DNA of 64,000 bases. Origin: Octopus bimaculoides (Eukaryota). The position numbers were made by a program, and so were the translations under genes. The notes below the pieces were generated by a model. It searched no databases and was not told where the DNA came from. It saw nothing but the letters and a program-made list of their open reading frames with translations. The DNA lies in NCBI RefSeq assembly GCF_001194135.2, contig NC_068983.1:108958872-109022871 (forward strand), written 5' to 3'. Of the stretch, positions 25,631-39,231 are shown piece by piece (positions within the stretch are counted from its first letter, which is position 1; every line of letters begins with the position of its first letter).

Positions 25631-27388
25631 ATGCCAACAGTAGAAAACAGGTATTAAAATAACTGGTGGTGAGTCTGAGTGTGTGTGATCATCATACTAC
25701 ATCAGTTCTTCATTATTTAGGAATTTTTTTAAATACTGGCATGGATTAAATTGTTTTTAATCATTTTGTCCTTATTTTCAAGGCTCGAAGTACTGAGATC
25801 TAACCCCATATATCTCCATGCTCTGTTCAAACTTCCTCTGCCATGAGTAACCTCCCCTGTCAGTATACAACACTATTCTCCTTCAACATTCATCTATTTA
25901 CATTACATGCCCATACTAGCAGTTCTCTTCTGCATATATTGGCCAAATGTTCTACTTACACTCTCAGCTCACGTGCTCTACCTAAGATGGAAGGTGTCAG
26001 ATGTGACTGTGATACAACCTTGAATCTCTTTCCTGTCTAAGTGACTGCTTATATGTGTTCCGTAAAACTTTAAAATGCTTCAGGGATTATAATAAATTTC
26101 AACAAAAAAGGAACTGTTTTTCAAAAATATATTATAATGAGCTGCATTTACACTGAAAGCTTAAGAGTGAAAGAAAATAGTAATGAAATATAATTATGAT
26201 GATATTTTAAAATTAATTTTTATGATCTGTTTTTAAAAGATTGTTTTTATATACAAAAATATATTCTTTTTGTGTTTCATGTAGATTAAAAGTGATTTAT
26301 TCTGAGATCCTGTGGGAAACTGAAGGAAATGCATCATGATAAAATCATATCAAGCTTTCTTCTTTTGTTTACTACTATTTGTAGTAACACATCGATAACT
26401 TGGTAGTTGATTTGCTATTTGATTGTATCTGGTAAAGGTCTGTTGTTTGTTGTCAGTTCATACAAGCAAATGAATATTTGAGTGGATATTTTCAAGTGTC
26501 TGCTTTCTTCTCTTATTCTTGTTGCTTCATGTCTGTTCATTCTTTCTTCTTCTTCCGAACCCTGACAATCATGTCTTTTCTCATCCCCAAACCCTGACAA
26601 TATTTTTCTTTCCCTTTGTTGATGTTAAATCTCATTAGACAATGAAAATATGGTTGTTTGGACAACAGAAGAACTAACATAGAAATAATTGAGCATTCCA
26701 CTGACACATGTGCCCTTCATATAATATTCATGAAGAGTCAGCATGACACAGTGTGAGACAAGGTAGTGGATTTTGATACAGTTTACACCCAATTCCACTC
26801 TGCCATTTGTGTAAGAGACTATACAGTGCAATTGAGCCCTTAATAAGTGATTACAAATGAACTTCTTAAACATTTGACCATACTGTACCTTCAATTATAT
26901 ATATATATATATATATNNNNNNNNNNNNNNNNNNNNNNNNNNNNNNNNNNNNNNNNNNNNNNNNNNNNNNNNNNNNNNNNNNNNNNNNNNNNNNNNNNNN
27001 NNNNNNNNNNNNNNNNNNNNNNNNNNNNNNNNNNNNNNNNNNNNNNNNNNNNNNNNNNNNNNNNNNNNNNNNNNNNNNNNNNNNNNNNNNNNNNNNNNNN
27101 NNNNNNNNNNNNNNNNNNNNNNNNNNNNNNNNNNNNNNNNNNNNNNNNNNNNNNNNNNNNNNNNNNNNNNNNNNNNNNNNNNNNNNNNNNNNNNNNNNNN
27201 NNNNNNNNNNNNNNNNNNNNNNNNNNNNNNNNNNNNNNNNNNNNNNNNNNNNNNNNNNNNNNNNNNNNNNNNNNNNNNNNNNNNNNNNNNNNNNNNNNNN
27301 NNNNNNNNNNNNNNNNNNNNNNNNNNNNNNNNNNNNNNNNNNNNNNNNNNNNNNNNNNNNNNNNNNNNNNNNNNNNNNNNNNNNNNNN

Positions 27389-27704
27389 TCAAAATGGTGC
27401 ATCTCATGTGCCACCCGCACAAGAACCAGTCCAGGGGCACTGGCAACGATCTTACTTGGCTTGCCGGGTCTTCTCACGCACAGCCCATTTCCAAAGGTCT
27501 CGGTCCGTAGTCATCGCCTCGGTGAGGCCCAATGTACGAAGGTCTTGCCTCACCACCTCAGCCCAGGTCTTCCTGGGCCTACCTCTTCCACGGGTTCCCT
27601 CAACTGTTAGGGTGTGGCACTTTTTCACGCAGCTATCCTCCTCCATTCTCACCACATGTCCATAGAATGGAGGAGGATAGCTGCGTGAAAAAGTGCCACA
27701 CCCT
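27389..27704 (-). mobile_element. Young 5'-truncated RTE LINE copy with a 41-bp fold-back at the 5' junction
   Basis: Translates GHVVRMEEDSCVKKCHTLTVEGTRGRGRPRKTWAEVVRQDLRTLGLTEAMTTDRDLWKWAVREKTRQAK, an RTE C-terminus. 27609-27649 is the reverse complement of 27664-27704. Confidence 0.9.
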
Positions 27705-27984
27705 ATATTTATGCACATACATATGTGTTTGGGGTGGGGTGTAAATATATGTATATGCATATATATATATATATATGAGTGGACAAACAAAAGAAAGAGG
27801 CACTGAACACATTTAGAAAGATTTACATGTATATTATTATTATTATTCAAAACAGTTTGATTCAGACCAAGGCAACTTAAGGTTCCTGTAACCAGCCTGC
27901 AAAACTTTAAGTTGTTTGGAGCTGAACTAAACTGTTTTCAATAATAATGTGTGTGTGTGTGTACGTATGCTAGTGTCTTCTTGT

Positions 27985-28200
27985 ATTGACATCATATGGT
28001 AGTTGTAAATGAGTATCAGTGTCATCTAATTTTCCACATTCTGTGGAAACATGTCTGGAAATGTGGGGAAATATTACGTTGCTTGGATACAGGTGAAGGT
28101 TGGCAACAGAAAGGGCATCTAGCTGTAGAAAATCTACCTCAAAATATTTTGTCTGACCCATGGAAGCATGGAGACATAGACATGATGATAATGATGATAT
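27985..28200 (+). mobile_element. SINE-like repeat with RTE-type tail
   Basis: aagggcatctagctgtagaaa...ccatggaagcatggagacatagacatgatgat tail. Confidence 0.6.
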
Positions 28201-30274
28201 GTACCTATGTTATAGTTTTCCATGAACGTCAGTATTACATCTGTTTGCTTGTAGTTGATGCTGTTGATGTTATGGTGGCGTTATTATTGGTGGTGCTTAA
28301 AGTTTAAGATATATTTTACTTTATTCATATATCCCACTACAATTTTTTCAGCCTGTCTCTATTGCTCTCGTGCGCTTTTACATAATCTTTTTACATTAGT
28401 GTTCACTATTGTCAGATTGCCCTTATACTGTTTAAAAATCTTTAAAAACAGGCTGATCTGACTTATTTTCAAAATAACATCCCAAGATATTAAGGCTAGT
28501 AACTTATAATAATAGGAATTAATTACTTTAATCAGAGAAACTGAGAAAGGAAAACAAATAAACAAGTAAGAAATGATTATAATGGAAAATAGTTCATTTC
28601 AATGACTAATAACAAATTATTAGATTTTAAAGAGAAAGCAGCAGCTATTAGAAAACCTCCAAGTAGACACTGAGATTAGTTTTTGAAATATTTAAATTAA
28701 GAAATAATTCTTCTCTTAGGATGATACATTCCTAGAGAAAGAATTAATAGGTATTTTAGGCACAGATAGATATAGACAGTACTTACAACTAGAGTAATCA
28801 ATATTGTGATGTAATATTTAACTCAGAGATGCCATATACATGAAAAACAATAGTTATGACAGTCTAAGTATAAGTAATACAGAGAACAATTAGAAATGCT
28901 AATTAGAAATATCAAGCAGCAAGGTAAAAAGTCAATGTTCAATATTATTTTAATTATTTTTACAAGTAGAGGGACATGTCTGGGTGTGTTTTGAGTGTTA
29001 TCATGCCTTCTTCAATGAAGTATGGTATAAACTTAATTATTGATTTTTATGAAGGTAGCATCAATAAGGGATTTATTTTATAAAAAACGTTATTTTCTTA
29101 TCCCAGCAATTATACATGATGATCCTACCATACCAGCTTTGATAAGTATGATGAAATCTAGTTAGTTATTTAATGTGCCCTGCATTAAATATATTAAAAT
29201 TTGCTTAGCTGGTGACATAATAAGGTTAGAGAATAAGAAACTCAAGATTTAGAAATATGTAAGATCAAGGAATTATATTTTAAGGACTATCTTTAGGTAG
29301 TTAAGTTGAGTAGCTATAGTGCTGTTGTCCACCAAAATGTAGAAAACTTACTAAGTATGGCAGAGAAACTAGCAGACAGCAAAAAAGAAGAAAGAAAAAA
29401 ACTGAAGTAATGCATCAATGAACAATCAATAAAAAAAAATGTTAAAATTGAAATACTTTTCTATGATGATGGAGATAATGGTCAAAAACCAATACAATTT
29501 ATTATAAAACAAAAAATAAAAAAATTAAGACAAAAACAGAAATGCGACATAATTATGTAGTGAAAAAGAAAATCACCAAAAAACAATTGAAAACGATTTC
29601 CTGACAATAGCGAATATGACATAAAATATTGCAGCATTAAAATTTATAAGCAGGAACAACTCAACAATAAAAAATATCTGAGATAACAGTAGATTTGAAG
29701 GGTTTTTTTTAAAGAAGCTAACAAGCTATTTATTCTATGATTCAAAACGTATGGTTAAATGGATCAGAAATTATTCAAGATTAAACAACTCTCATCATTA
29801 CAGAATTTTTTATTGAAAGAATAAAACAATTCTACAGATTTTATCATTTTCACTGACACATAACAACTGGCAGGAAGATTACAACCAAAAATGTAAAATT
29901 AGCATTACATCTCTTCTTTTGTATGTTCAGAGAAATTTAACGGCTGTTATGGAGTAATATAATCTTTATGATTCAATGATGACCAAATATGAATTATTTG
30001 CAAGTAAAGAAAAGGGTTTGATTAAATCAATTATTCTATTATGTTTTTGGATAAATATTACTGTAGTTTAGCAGTCATACGTTAATATGTTCCATTTTGC
30101 AACACTAATGATTTTTGCTGTACATTTAGGACTGGATTAATTTTTTTAAAGGAATCAAATATTTAAATTGAAAAACCAAACTCATGTGAATTATAAACAC
30201 CAAAGGGATATATACACATATATAAATATATACGTATACATATATACTTATATATATAAACATATATGCATATA

Positions 30275-31313
30275 CAGGGTGCGTAAGGTTTTTGGAGACA
30301 TACCTTTTTGGGGGTCATTGCTGCATTTTTCACTAACTCTGCGTAATCTTTGCTTCAGAAAATAATAATGGCAGACCCTCAGCTTACTCAAGAAATGAAG
30401 AGGTATGCTGTTATTGTGGTTATAAAGGCTAAGCATAGTGATTTAGAAATATCTCGATTTTTTAAATTTGCCAGATCTTTTGTCTACAAAATGTGTAAGG
30501 CACTAGAGACTAACGATGATCATATAACCAGTATCAAAGCATAAAAATCATTCTAAACACTCTGAAATCATCAGAATACATGAATTTATCCAGTAAGTTC
30601 AATAGACCATTGATTACAATCCCATAAAGTTCATGAGATCAGTTGCATATGATCTCCATGTGTCAGAATGAACAGTCAGAAATGTTATCCATGAAGACAT
30701 CAGACATGTCTGATATAATGAGGAAAGGTGAATTTGTCTGAAAAAGCAAAAGAAAATCACTACATCAGATCTAAAAGGCTCTTAAGCAAACTGAAAAATC
30801 CAGCGGAAGATTTGATTTGGTTTTTCTCAAACAAGAAAAACTTCGACCAAGATCAAAAAGTTAATAGAAGAAATCACAAATGGTTATGTGCAGACCCTTC
30901 TCAAGTTCCAAGTGTTATGCATACAAAATTTCCTGCAACTGTCATGGTTTTAGGGTCTGATGTCTCCTTACTTTTATCCACAAGGTCTACATTGAGATCC
31001 TGGAAATAATTGCTAAGCCCTGGATAGACAGTGTATGCAATGGAAGGCATACACTGTGTTTCAGTAAGACTCTGCACTATCACACATGGCTCTAGTAACA
31101 TAGGAATGGATGGTTGAAAATGTTCATGATCACATAACCCCTAACATTTGGCCTCCTAATTCCCCATATCTCAATCCACTGGACTATTACATGCGGAGAA
31201 TTGTTGAGAGATAGGTCAACGATTCTTTGAAAACTGTCATAGTCAGTGTAATGTCCAAACCAGGACCACTTGATTCGAGCATATAGAAGATTTAGATCTC
31301 ATATAGAAGCAAG
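30275..31313 (+). mobile_element. Defective maT/DD37D-type Tc1/mariner DNA transposon
   Basis: Starts TA|CAGGGTG. The frameshifted transposase includes an N-terminal HTH, WFFSN..NFDQDQKVNRRN, FPATVMVLG, FQ-DSA-SH and WPPNSPYLNPLDYY (31149-31190). It has an internal deletion and its 3' end is replaced by a SINE fragment. Confidence 0.85.
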
Positions 31314-32609
31314 TCAGCTGAGTGGATTGGGGCAACATGAAATAATGTGTCTTGCTCAAGGACACAACATGTTACTGGGAATTGAACTCACAACCTTACA
31401 TTCATGAGCTAAATGCCCTAACCACTAAGCCATGTGCCTTCACACACACACACACATATATATATATGTATATAGTTTTTTAAAAAGAGCTAGTCATAGT
31501 TTCAGACTATAGAGATAAAATATTTTGATTTTTGACAGATCTTTATAACATGCCATGTATCTCCAAGAATTTTTTCAGGCTCAGTGCATACCATTAGACT
31601 TATCTGAAAACCAGAATGCTGGTCTATGAGGATATATGAGAAAGGAAAAAAAAAAACAGGAAGAAAAGCATGAAGAAGGGTAATGCAAAAAGTGAAACGA
31701 GAAGAGATAAAGAAAGAAAAGTAAGTCAAAAGCTTCATCCATTTTTTTAGTAGAAATCAATTAATCTAGCTGGTGTAGAATAATATGGAGGTCAATATCT
31801 ATGAAATAATATGGAGGTCAATATCTATGAAATAGTTACTCAATTCAAAGAAGGTGGTGTCCTCCAACTCAGCAAAAGTAACTTGTCCATGTGCTTGCAT
31901 TTGCAAAATGTTTCATATCTGACATTAAGTAGTATGGTGGAGTTTTGGGATCCAAAAGAATGTGTGATTTTTCAGCTACACTCAACCTGCAATTCTTTGA
32001 TTCATTTATGTATGGTGCAGATTTCTCCATGAGTTTTTGCTTGGTTGCTTGTAGTGTGCAATTGGTAATTAAATCGCATACGTGGCTAGCCAACTTAATT
32101 TTTTTTATCTATTAGTTTGCATAATGGCTTTTAAAATTGCCTTCATATAAAACAACATAATTTATCCTCTTAGTTATCTTGTCTTGGAGCACTGCTGTAA
32201 CTTCAGCTTCATAAATAACTGAGTTTATGAAGCATGCTTGATCAAGGTGGTAAGCTTCAGAGTCCCACACTTACAACTAGAAGTGGAAATTACTGGAATA
32301 GAAGCTAACCGAAGCATTGGGAAGTCTTAAGGTGAATTTAACATAGATTAAGGTTTTTCATAAGTAGGAAAGAAGATAGGAGCTTGGTATCTTCTAGAAA
32401 TTATTGGCCTTGCTCTTTATACAGAAAAGGAGTAGATTTAAATTCCATACACTCTACCCAATGAAACTATGAACATGAAGAGGTGTAGTGAAATCACAGG
32501 CAAACTCACAGAGTAAGTAAGCTTCATATATATCAGGTACATTGGGTAAGTATATACTATGCACACATTAGAAATAGATTTCCTTAAAAGCTGAAATGGC
32601 TAACTAGTA

Positions 32610-33190
32610 GTAGTTGATAGCTTTTGTTATCTTGGAAACATTATTAGCAGGAGAGATGGTTGCTCTGTAATTATAGTAGTTAGGTTAAAAACAGACTGGA
32701 AAAAGTTCAAGGAGCTTCTACTACTGCAGACAACAGAGGTGTTTTCCCTCAGAGTGAAGCATAGATTGTATGACACCTGTGTCAAAACTGAGATGCTACT
32801 TAACAGTGAGACATGGGCCTTGAGAAGACTGGAAGAAAATGAAGCAAGGATGCTCCATTTGATGCGCAATGTAAGTGTGCATGAATGACATAGCACAAAC
32901 ATGCTGTGAGAAAGCTTAGGTTTAAGAGCAATCAGATTTAGTGTAAAAGAAAGAAGACTGCACTGGTATAGATATATGATGTATATGATTAGCTCAGATG
33001 GATAAAGAAGAATTGATCACTTAATATTGATGGAGATGGCAGAAAAGAGAGACCTATGAAGATATGGCATGAACTCGTGAAAGTAGATCTTAGGATTTTG
33101 ATCCTCTCAGAAGAGATAACAAGGGACCAGAATGGTTGGTAACATGCAGACCTGGAAAATACTTGCTCAAGGCAATGAAAGTGAGTCATG
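32610..33190 (+). mobile_element. Degenerate RTE LINE C-terminal fragment
   Basis: VVDSFCYLGNIIS..GC, WKKFKELLLL, LYDTCV-T.MLLNSETW, and G-RP-KIWHELVKVDL. Confidence 0.75.
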
Positions 33191-33769
33191 GAAGCACTGT
33201 ATGTTTGCATATATATGTGCACAACTTAGTCCTTTGCTGTATTTGATCCATCAACATCTCATCTACTTAATTGCAGCTTTTCTTTAGTACCACTAATCTT
33301 CCTCATGACCAGAAACTATTTTATTTGCTATCCATCTTTCATCTTTAATATTATCCTCCACCCACACTCTCACCACCACACTCTCAAAACCTACTCAACC
33401 ACTCATCACTGCTCTGTATCTCATTCTTTCAATGTCTAGTGTATTATCATTACTATTCTGCTACTCATCACTACCCTGCATCATTGGTCACTCCAACTCC
33501 TTATTTACTATTCATAACATTCACCTTTCAACTCTGTCCAATCTCTACAGTTCCCACCTACTCTTCCCTATTTCTCCTATTCATCATCCACTCAACATTT
33601 GTTCTTCCTTCATTATATCCACACTCTCACTCAGTTTGCATCTCTCACTCCTTCATACACTCTTGCAACCTTTATTGATCTATATTCCCAGTCCTTTTTT
33701 CCCCTTTCACTTACACTTGCCTTTCACTTACCTTGGGGTCCACACAGACACTTTGTCACCACTATTTGG

Positions 33770-33975
33770 GGTTCATAATCTTGCAAGCTGTGTGGTGACC
33801 CCATTAAAGATGATATCATGAAAAAAGCACCAAGTACATTCTGTAAAGTGGTTGGCATTAGGAAGAGCATCCATGCCAAAGTAGATAGCAGAGCATGATG
33901 CAGTTCTTGAACTTGTTGGTTCTCATCAAACCATCCAACCTAAGCTTGTATGGAACATGGACATTAAATGATGAT
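33770..33975 (+). mobile_element. RTE-tail retroposon 3' end
   Basis: aaaaagcacc...gtaaagtggttggcattaggaagagcatcc...tggacattaaatgatgat. Confidence 0.65.
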
Positions 33976-34624
33976 AATGTCAGTGTATATATAAATATAT
34001 ATATATATATATGTATNNNNNNNNNNNNNNNNNNNNNNNNNNNNNNNNNNNNNNNNNNNNNNNNNNNNNNNNNNNNNNNNNNNNNNNNNNNNNNNNNNNN
34101 NNNNNNNNNNNNNNNNNNNNNNNNNNNNNNNNNNNNNNNNNNNNNNNNNNNNNNNNNNNNNNNNNNNNNNNNNNNNNNNNNNNNNNNNNNNNNNNNNNNN
34201 NNNNNNNNNNNNNNNNNNNNNNNNNNNNNNNNNNNNNNNNNNNNNNNNNNNNNNNNNNNNNNNNNNNNNNNNNNNNNNNNNNNNNNNNNNNNNNNNNNNN
34301 NNNNNNNNNNNNNNNNNNNNNNNNNNNNNNNNNNNNNNNNNNNNNNNNNNNNNNNNNNNNNNNNNNNNNNNNNNNNNNNNNNNNNNNNNNNNNNNNNNNN
34401 NNNNNNNNNNNNNNNNNNNNNNNNNNNNNNNNNNNNNNNNNNNNNNNNNNNNNNNNNNNNNNNNNNNNNNNNNNNNNNNNNNNNNNNNNNNNNNNNNNNN
34501 NNNNNNNNNNNNNNNNNNNNNNNNGTGATCAAAAGATCAGCATACTATCAGTAATTCCACTCTTCGGAGATGAATTAAGAACCAATGGTATATATATAAT
34601 ATTAATTAAAACATTAGAAATATT

Positions 34625-34669
<45 letters not shown>

Positions 34670-34674
<5 letters not shown>

Positions 34675-35035
34675 GGTAGAGTCCTCAGGCACCTCCTCCA
34701 TAATGTCTTATCAGAAGCAACAATTATTACACTTTCCAGGTGGCTTCCCAAGTGTAACCAATGGAAACTATGGATATTATTTAACCATCTTATTCTTGGT
34801 ATATTGCTAAGTTTTCTACCTGTTAACTTTGTTTGAAGCATCTGCCATGCAATTCTTTCTTGCAACATTCTATTTACCTGTTCATAATACTGGAGCTGTG
34901 ACCTCTCAATGCAGAAAAGTAGCAGCTCAACTTGAAGAAACTCCCTGATCTCAGAGCTATGCATCCTGTTGAGTAACAATACTCTAGAAATCCTTTGAAA
35001 GTGCACCATTTCAGCTGCTTGGATTTGCAATAGTA
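34670..35035 (-). mobile_element. RTE-like LINE C-terminal fragment (different family)
   Basis: IQAAEMVHFQRI...SEIRE.LQVE.LL..IERSQL...VNRM..ERI..Q.L.....G...PRIRWL. Confidence 0.7.
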
Positions 35036-37560
35036 CCCTTTTATATTAACCTATGTGGAAGAGGAAGAACAAATAAGCCAAGACAGTTATTGTAGAACTA
35101 TTTGATTTGACCACTGTATGTGCTAGCACTCCATCAGTTATGACAATTAGAGTTCCAGTCGAGGGTTCCAATCAACAGAATAGCTGGCTAGTGGAGTTCT
35201 CAGAAATGTTCAGCTTGACACAGAGTATGACAAGGCTGGCCCTTTGAAATATAGGCACTGCTCATTTTTGCCAACTGAGTGAACTGAAGCAATTTAAAAT
35301 AAAGTGTCTTCTTCAAGGTGACATTGTGCCATCAGGTATTGAAATCACAACCTTACAATCGTGAGCTGAAAGACATTATGTGTATGTTCACTGAGTACTG
35401 AATGAAAATGTGGCACATGTTATTTATTATGACTGAAGTCAGGAAAGGTTAGACTGCTGCAAAATGCAACTGGTAGATTAGCTGACAAAAAGGTCAAGAC
35501 AAGGGATAATGTTTTGTATAGAAGATTGACTCAATCAAAAAATTATGGATATGTGCATGTATGAAGGAATGCATGAATGCATGCAATACATACATACATA
35601 CATACACACCTACATACTGACAGGTAAACAGACAGATAGATGTCTCACTCTTTGTATAAACACTTTCAACTGAGATTTTCAATATAAGATATATAAAATA
35701 TATAAATAAATATTTAAATTTTATCACTTATTCCTTAGTGACAGAATTTGTAGAACACAACGAAGTGCATAGTAGTGTGTAATTACCTCCCTTTATATTT
35801 TGTGTTCATATCTCAAGATTGACTTAGCCGTTTTTTTCTTTTTTTTTATTCTAGTGTTGCTAAATCATCTATCAGTTAAGTAGTACGATTGACACAACTG
35901 TTTATCTACCCCTTATGCCAAATTTACCTCATTGTACCTTTATTAAAAATCCGTTTCATCTTTTAGTTGACTACCCTCTGATGATCTATACAAAATTATT
36001 TAATATTAACAAACAAGATTTTCAAATTTATTTTCCTCCTCTAAAAATTCATAGTAAACCAATGGAGCCTATTTGATAAAGTGTCAATATCGTTCATTAT
36101 TTATATTTCTGTGAATAGACACAAAATTTAACTATTTATTAGTTTCTAAATTACTAAATAATTTGATTCATTGTTTGTTGTCAACAGGAAGCATATGTTT
36201 TTCTATAAAATTTATTTGATAAGATTAACTAAACCAATATCAATAATGTTCAATATTCATTCTACATTTTGGAAATGAATAGTAGTAAAATAGTGTAAGA
36301 TTCTTATCAACATGTATGTACAAAGAATTTAGATGAAAATGATGATTAAGCAATTCTTTTAACAAATCTTATCCTCTTTTTTTCTCACTCTTGCATTTCA
36401 AATCATTCTTGTTTTTTCTCTCCTTTATTAATAATATAAGTATTTACATAAAAACTTATTTGAAACATGTTAAAACAAAATTCTAATTTCACCCATAGAA
36501 ATTGCACAGATAACAAAGTTCCCTCCCTTTACAAGTAACCCTTGACAATGTCCTACCATTGTTTTCGAGACAGGGTTGTCATTTATATTTAAATGTAAAT
36601 TCATTTTCCTGTTTATTTATTTTTCTTTTCATTTCCTTCTTTTTTCCATTTCCTTTTCACACAGCAAATAATATTGCACATCTTAAAATATGAATATCAT
36701 ATTTATAACAAAATATGGCTTTTATTAGTCATGTACGTTTGGAAAATTTAAATTTTGGTACATTTAGGAAGGTGAATATTATTGTCTGCATTGCAGTAGA
36801 TTTGAGCTACTCTATATCACCCTCAGGTATAGGAGAAGCTAAGTTTTCTTTATAATCCTGAAGATTAGTAGTAGCAATAGTCTTTGCAACTAATAGCAGC
36901 ATCAGCAGTAGTAGTAGAAGTAGTAGTAGTAAGAACAGCAGCATCAGAAGCAGGTGTGCCTGAGAGCTAATGTAGTCATTTTAAGAATAACGATATCTTT
37001 TGCTTCCAACACAGATTCCTAATCTGTTGGAAAAACTAACAATATTCACTGTCATTTCTTATTGATCACTTGACTTTCATTAACTCTTTCTTTTAATATA
37101 AATCTAATATGAAAAATCAGAAATATACTGAAATAACATGGAAAATAACTAAAATATACGAGGGAAATTTCCATGACTTTTCACTGTCAGACTAATCATT
37201 GCAAAAAGAATTCTTTAAGAGGAGAAAGTAAAAGAAATAAATAATTTGTATATTATATTAGGTAAAAATACTTTTATTAAATTCATTAAATAAATTAACG
37301 AATCATTGCAGATGTAAATTTCAAGTTTATCTTAATATATTGTATTTCTACAATGAAATGTAATAAGCAACACACAAGCACACACAAGCACACACACACA
37401 CACTTACTTTATCAAATCGGCAACAAAGAACTCAGAAAAATGCTTTGTGAAAACTCAGCATTCAATAAATTATCTTACTTACCATTAGTCTCAACAATTC
37501 CTTCCTCTCGACTTCACATTCATAGTCATGTGTATACATCTTCCTTTCTCTCACTGTATA

Positions 37561-37595
<35 letters not shown>

Positions 37596-38766
37596 NNNNN
37601 NNNNNNNNNNNNNNNNNNNNNNNNNNNNNNNNNNNNNNNNNNNNNNNNNNNNNNNNNNNNNNNNNNNNNNNNNNNNNNNNNNNNNNNNNNNNNNNNNNNN
37701 NNNNNNNNNNNNNNNNNNNNNNNNNNNNNNNNNNNNNNNNNNNNNNNNNNNNNNNNNNNNNNNNNNNNNNNNNNNNNNNNNNNNNNNNNNNNNNNNNNNN
37801 NNNNNNNNNNNNNNNNNNNNNNNNNNNNNNNNNNNNNNNNNNNNNNNNNNNNNNNNNNNNNNNNNNNNNNNNNNNNNNNNNNNNNNNNNNNNNNNNNNNN
37901 NNNNNNNNNNNNNNNNNNNNNNNNNNNNNNNNNNNNNNNNNNNNNNNNNNNNNNNNNNNNNNNNNNNNNNNNNNNNNNNNNNNNNNNNNNNNNNNNNNNN
38001 NNNNNNNNNNNNNNNNNNNNNNNNNNNNNNNNNNNNNNNNNNNNNNNNNNNNNNNNNNNNNNNNNNNNNNNNNNNNNNNNNNNNNNNNNNNNNNNNNNNN
38101 NNNNNNNNNNNNNNNNNNNNNNNNNNNNNNNNNNNNNNNNNNNNNNNNNNNNNNNNNNNNNNNNNNNNNNNNNNNNNNNNNNNNNNNNNNNNNNNNNNNN
38201 NNNNNNNNNNNNNNNNNNNNNNNNNNNNNNNNNNNNNNNNNNNNNNNNNNNNNNNNNNNNNNNNNNNNNNNNNNNNNNNNNNNNNNNNNNNNNNNNNNNN
38301 NNNNNNNNNNNNNNNNNNNNNNNNNNNNNNNNNNNNNNNNNNNTATTAATGATTATATACGCTGCCCAGTATTTTATTCTCAGAATTCTTAAGGTGATAA
38401 TAGTGTCCTTTGGCGTCTATTTCTCCAGCACGTGGAGAGACTTGTAGCCAATCCCTTGTTATAATTATGTATATATTTATTAAAATATTTGTAAAATTTG
38501 CCTATAAGGTTTTAATTTCCCTGCTGACCCCCTGGTAAAATCATTAATGATTTTTACCCTTTATTAAAATATAATACCCCGAAACTAGTCTGTAGATGCC
38601 AAACCAGCAAGGGGAAGCTGCTGACCTCCCCTGTTCGAAGGTTATAAAGGACACAGGTTCGTGTGTCACATAGCTATCTAGAGGCGATGGCCTCTTGGAG
38701 CTAATCAACGGCAGCATTCGTCCAATTTTTTTGGACTGCTATGTTGGCTTGGCGATAACTATTAAT

Positions 38767-38767
<1 letters not shown>

Positions 38768-38797
<30 letters not shown>

Positions 38798-38960
38798 GCA
38801 TCGTTTAACGTCTGCTTTCCATGCTAGCATGGGTTGGACGATTTGACTGAGGACTGGTGGACCAGGAGGCGACACCAGGCTCCAATCTAATTTGGCAGAG
38901 TTTCTACAGCTGGATGCCCTTCCTAACGCCAACCACTCCGAGAGTGTAGACCACTCCGAG
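38768..38960 (-). mobile_element. Young RTE-tail retroposon 3' end with (CAT)n
   Basis: catcatcagcatcgtttaacgtctgctttccatgctagcatgggttggacg..., retaining CpG. Confidence 0.85.
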
Positions 38961-39185
38961 AGTATATATATTTATGTCTTGACATCTTTCTAGAAGTAGT
39001 TGACAGTTATGTAGTGACCTAAAGCATAATGCTAGAGTATGAATGGGTTAAAAGTATTCACAGAGCAGTTACCTCTGATAGTAACATAGGCTTTCTCTCT
39101 TAGTGGAAAGGGCAGATTGTATGATGCTTCAGTTTATATACAGTATTTCTAAAATGAAATGTAATAAACAACACATACACAAACA

Positions 39186-39231
<46 letters not shown>

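Noticed and set aside
26415-26894. Two short minus-strand ORFs with an acidic/basic stretch
   Set aside because: No recognisable domain, no coherent splice sites, and they contain a small internal duplication.
28590-30100. AT-rich, ORF-like biased sequence with a GHVWVCFECYH peptide
   Set aside because: All frames are closed within about 30-60 codons and no family was recognised. It could be an ancient element, but this is unsupported.
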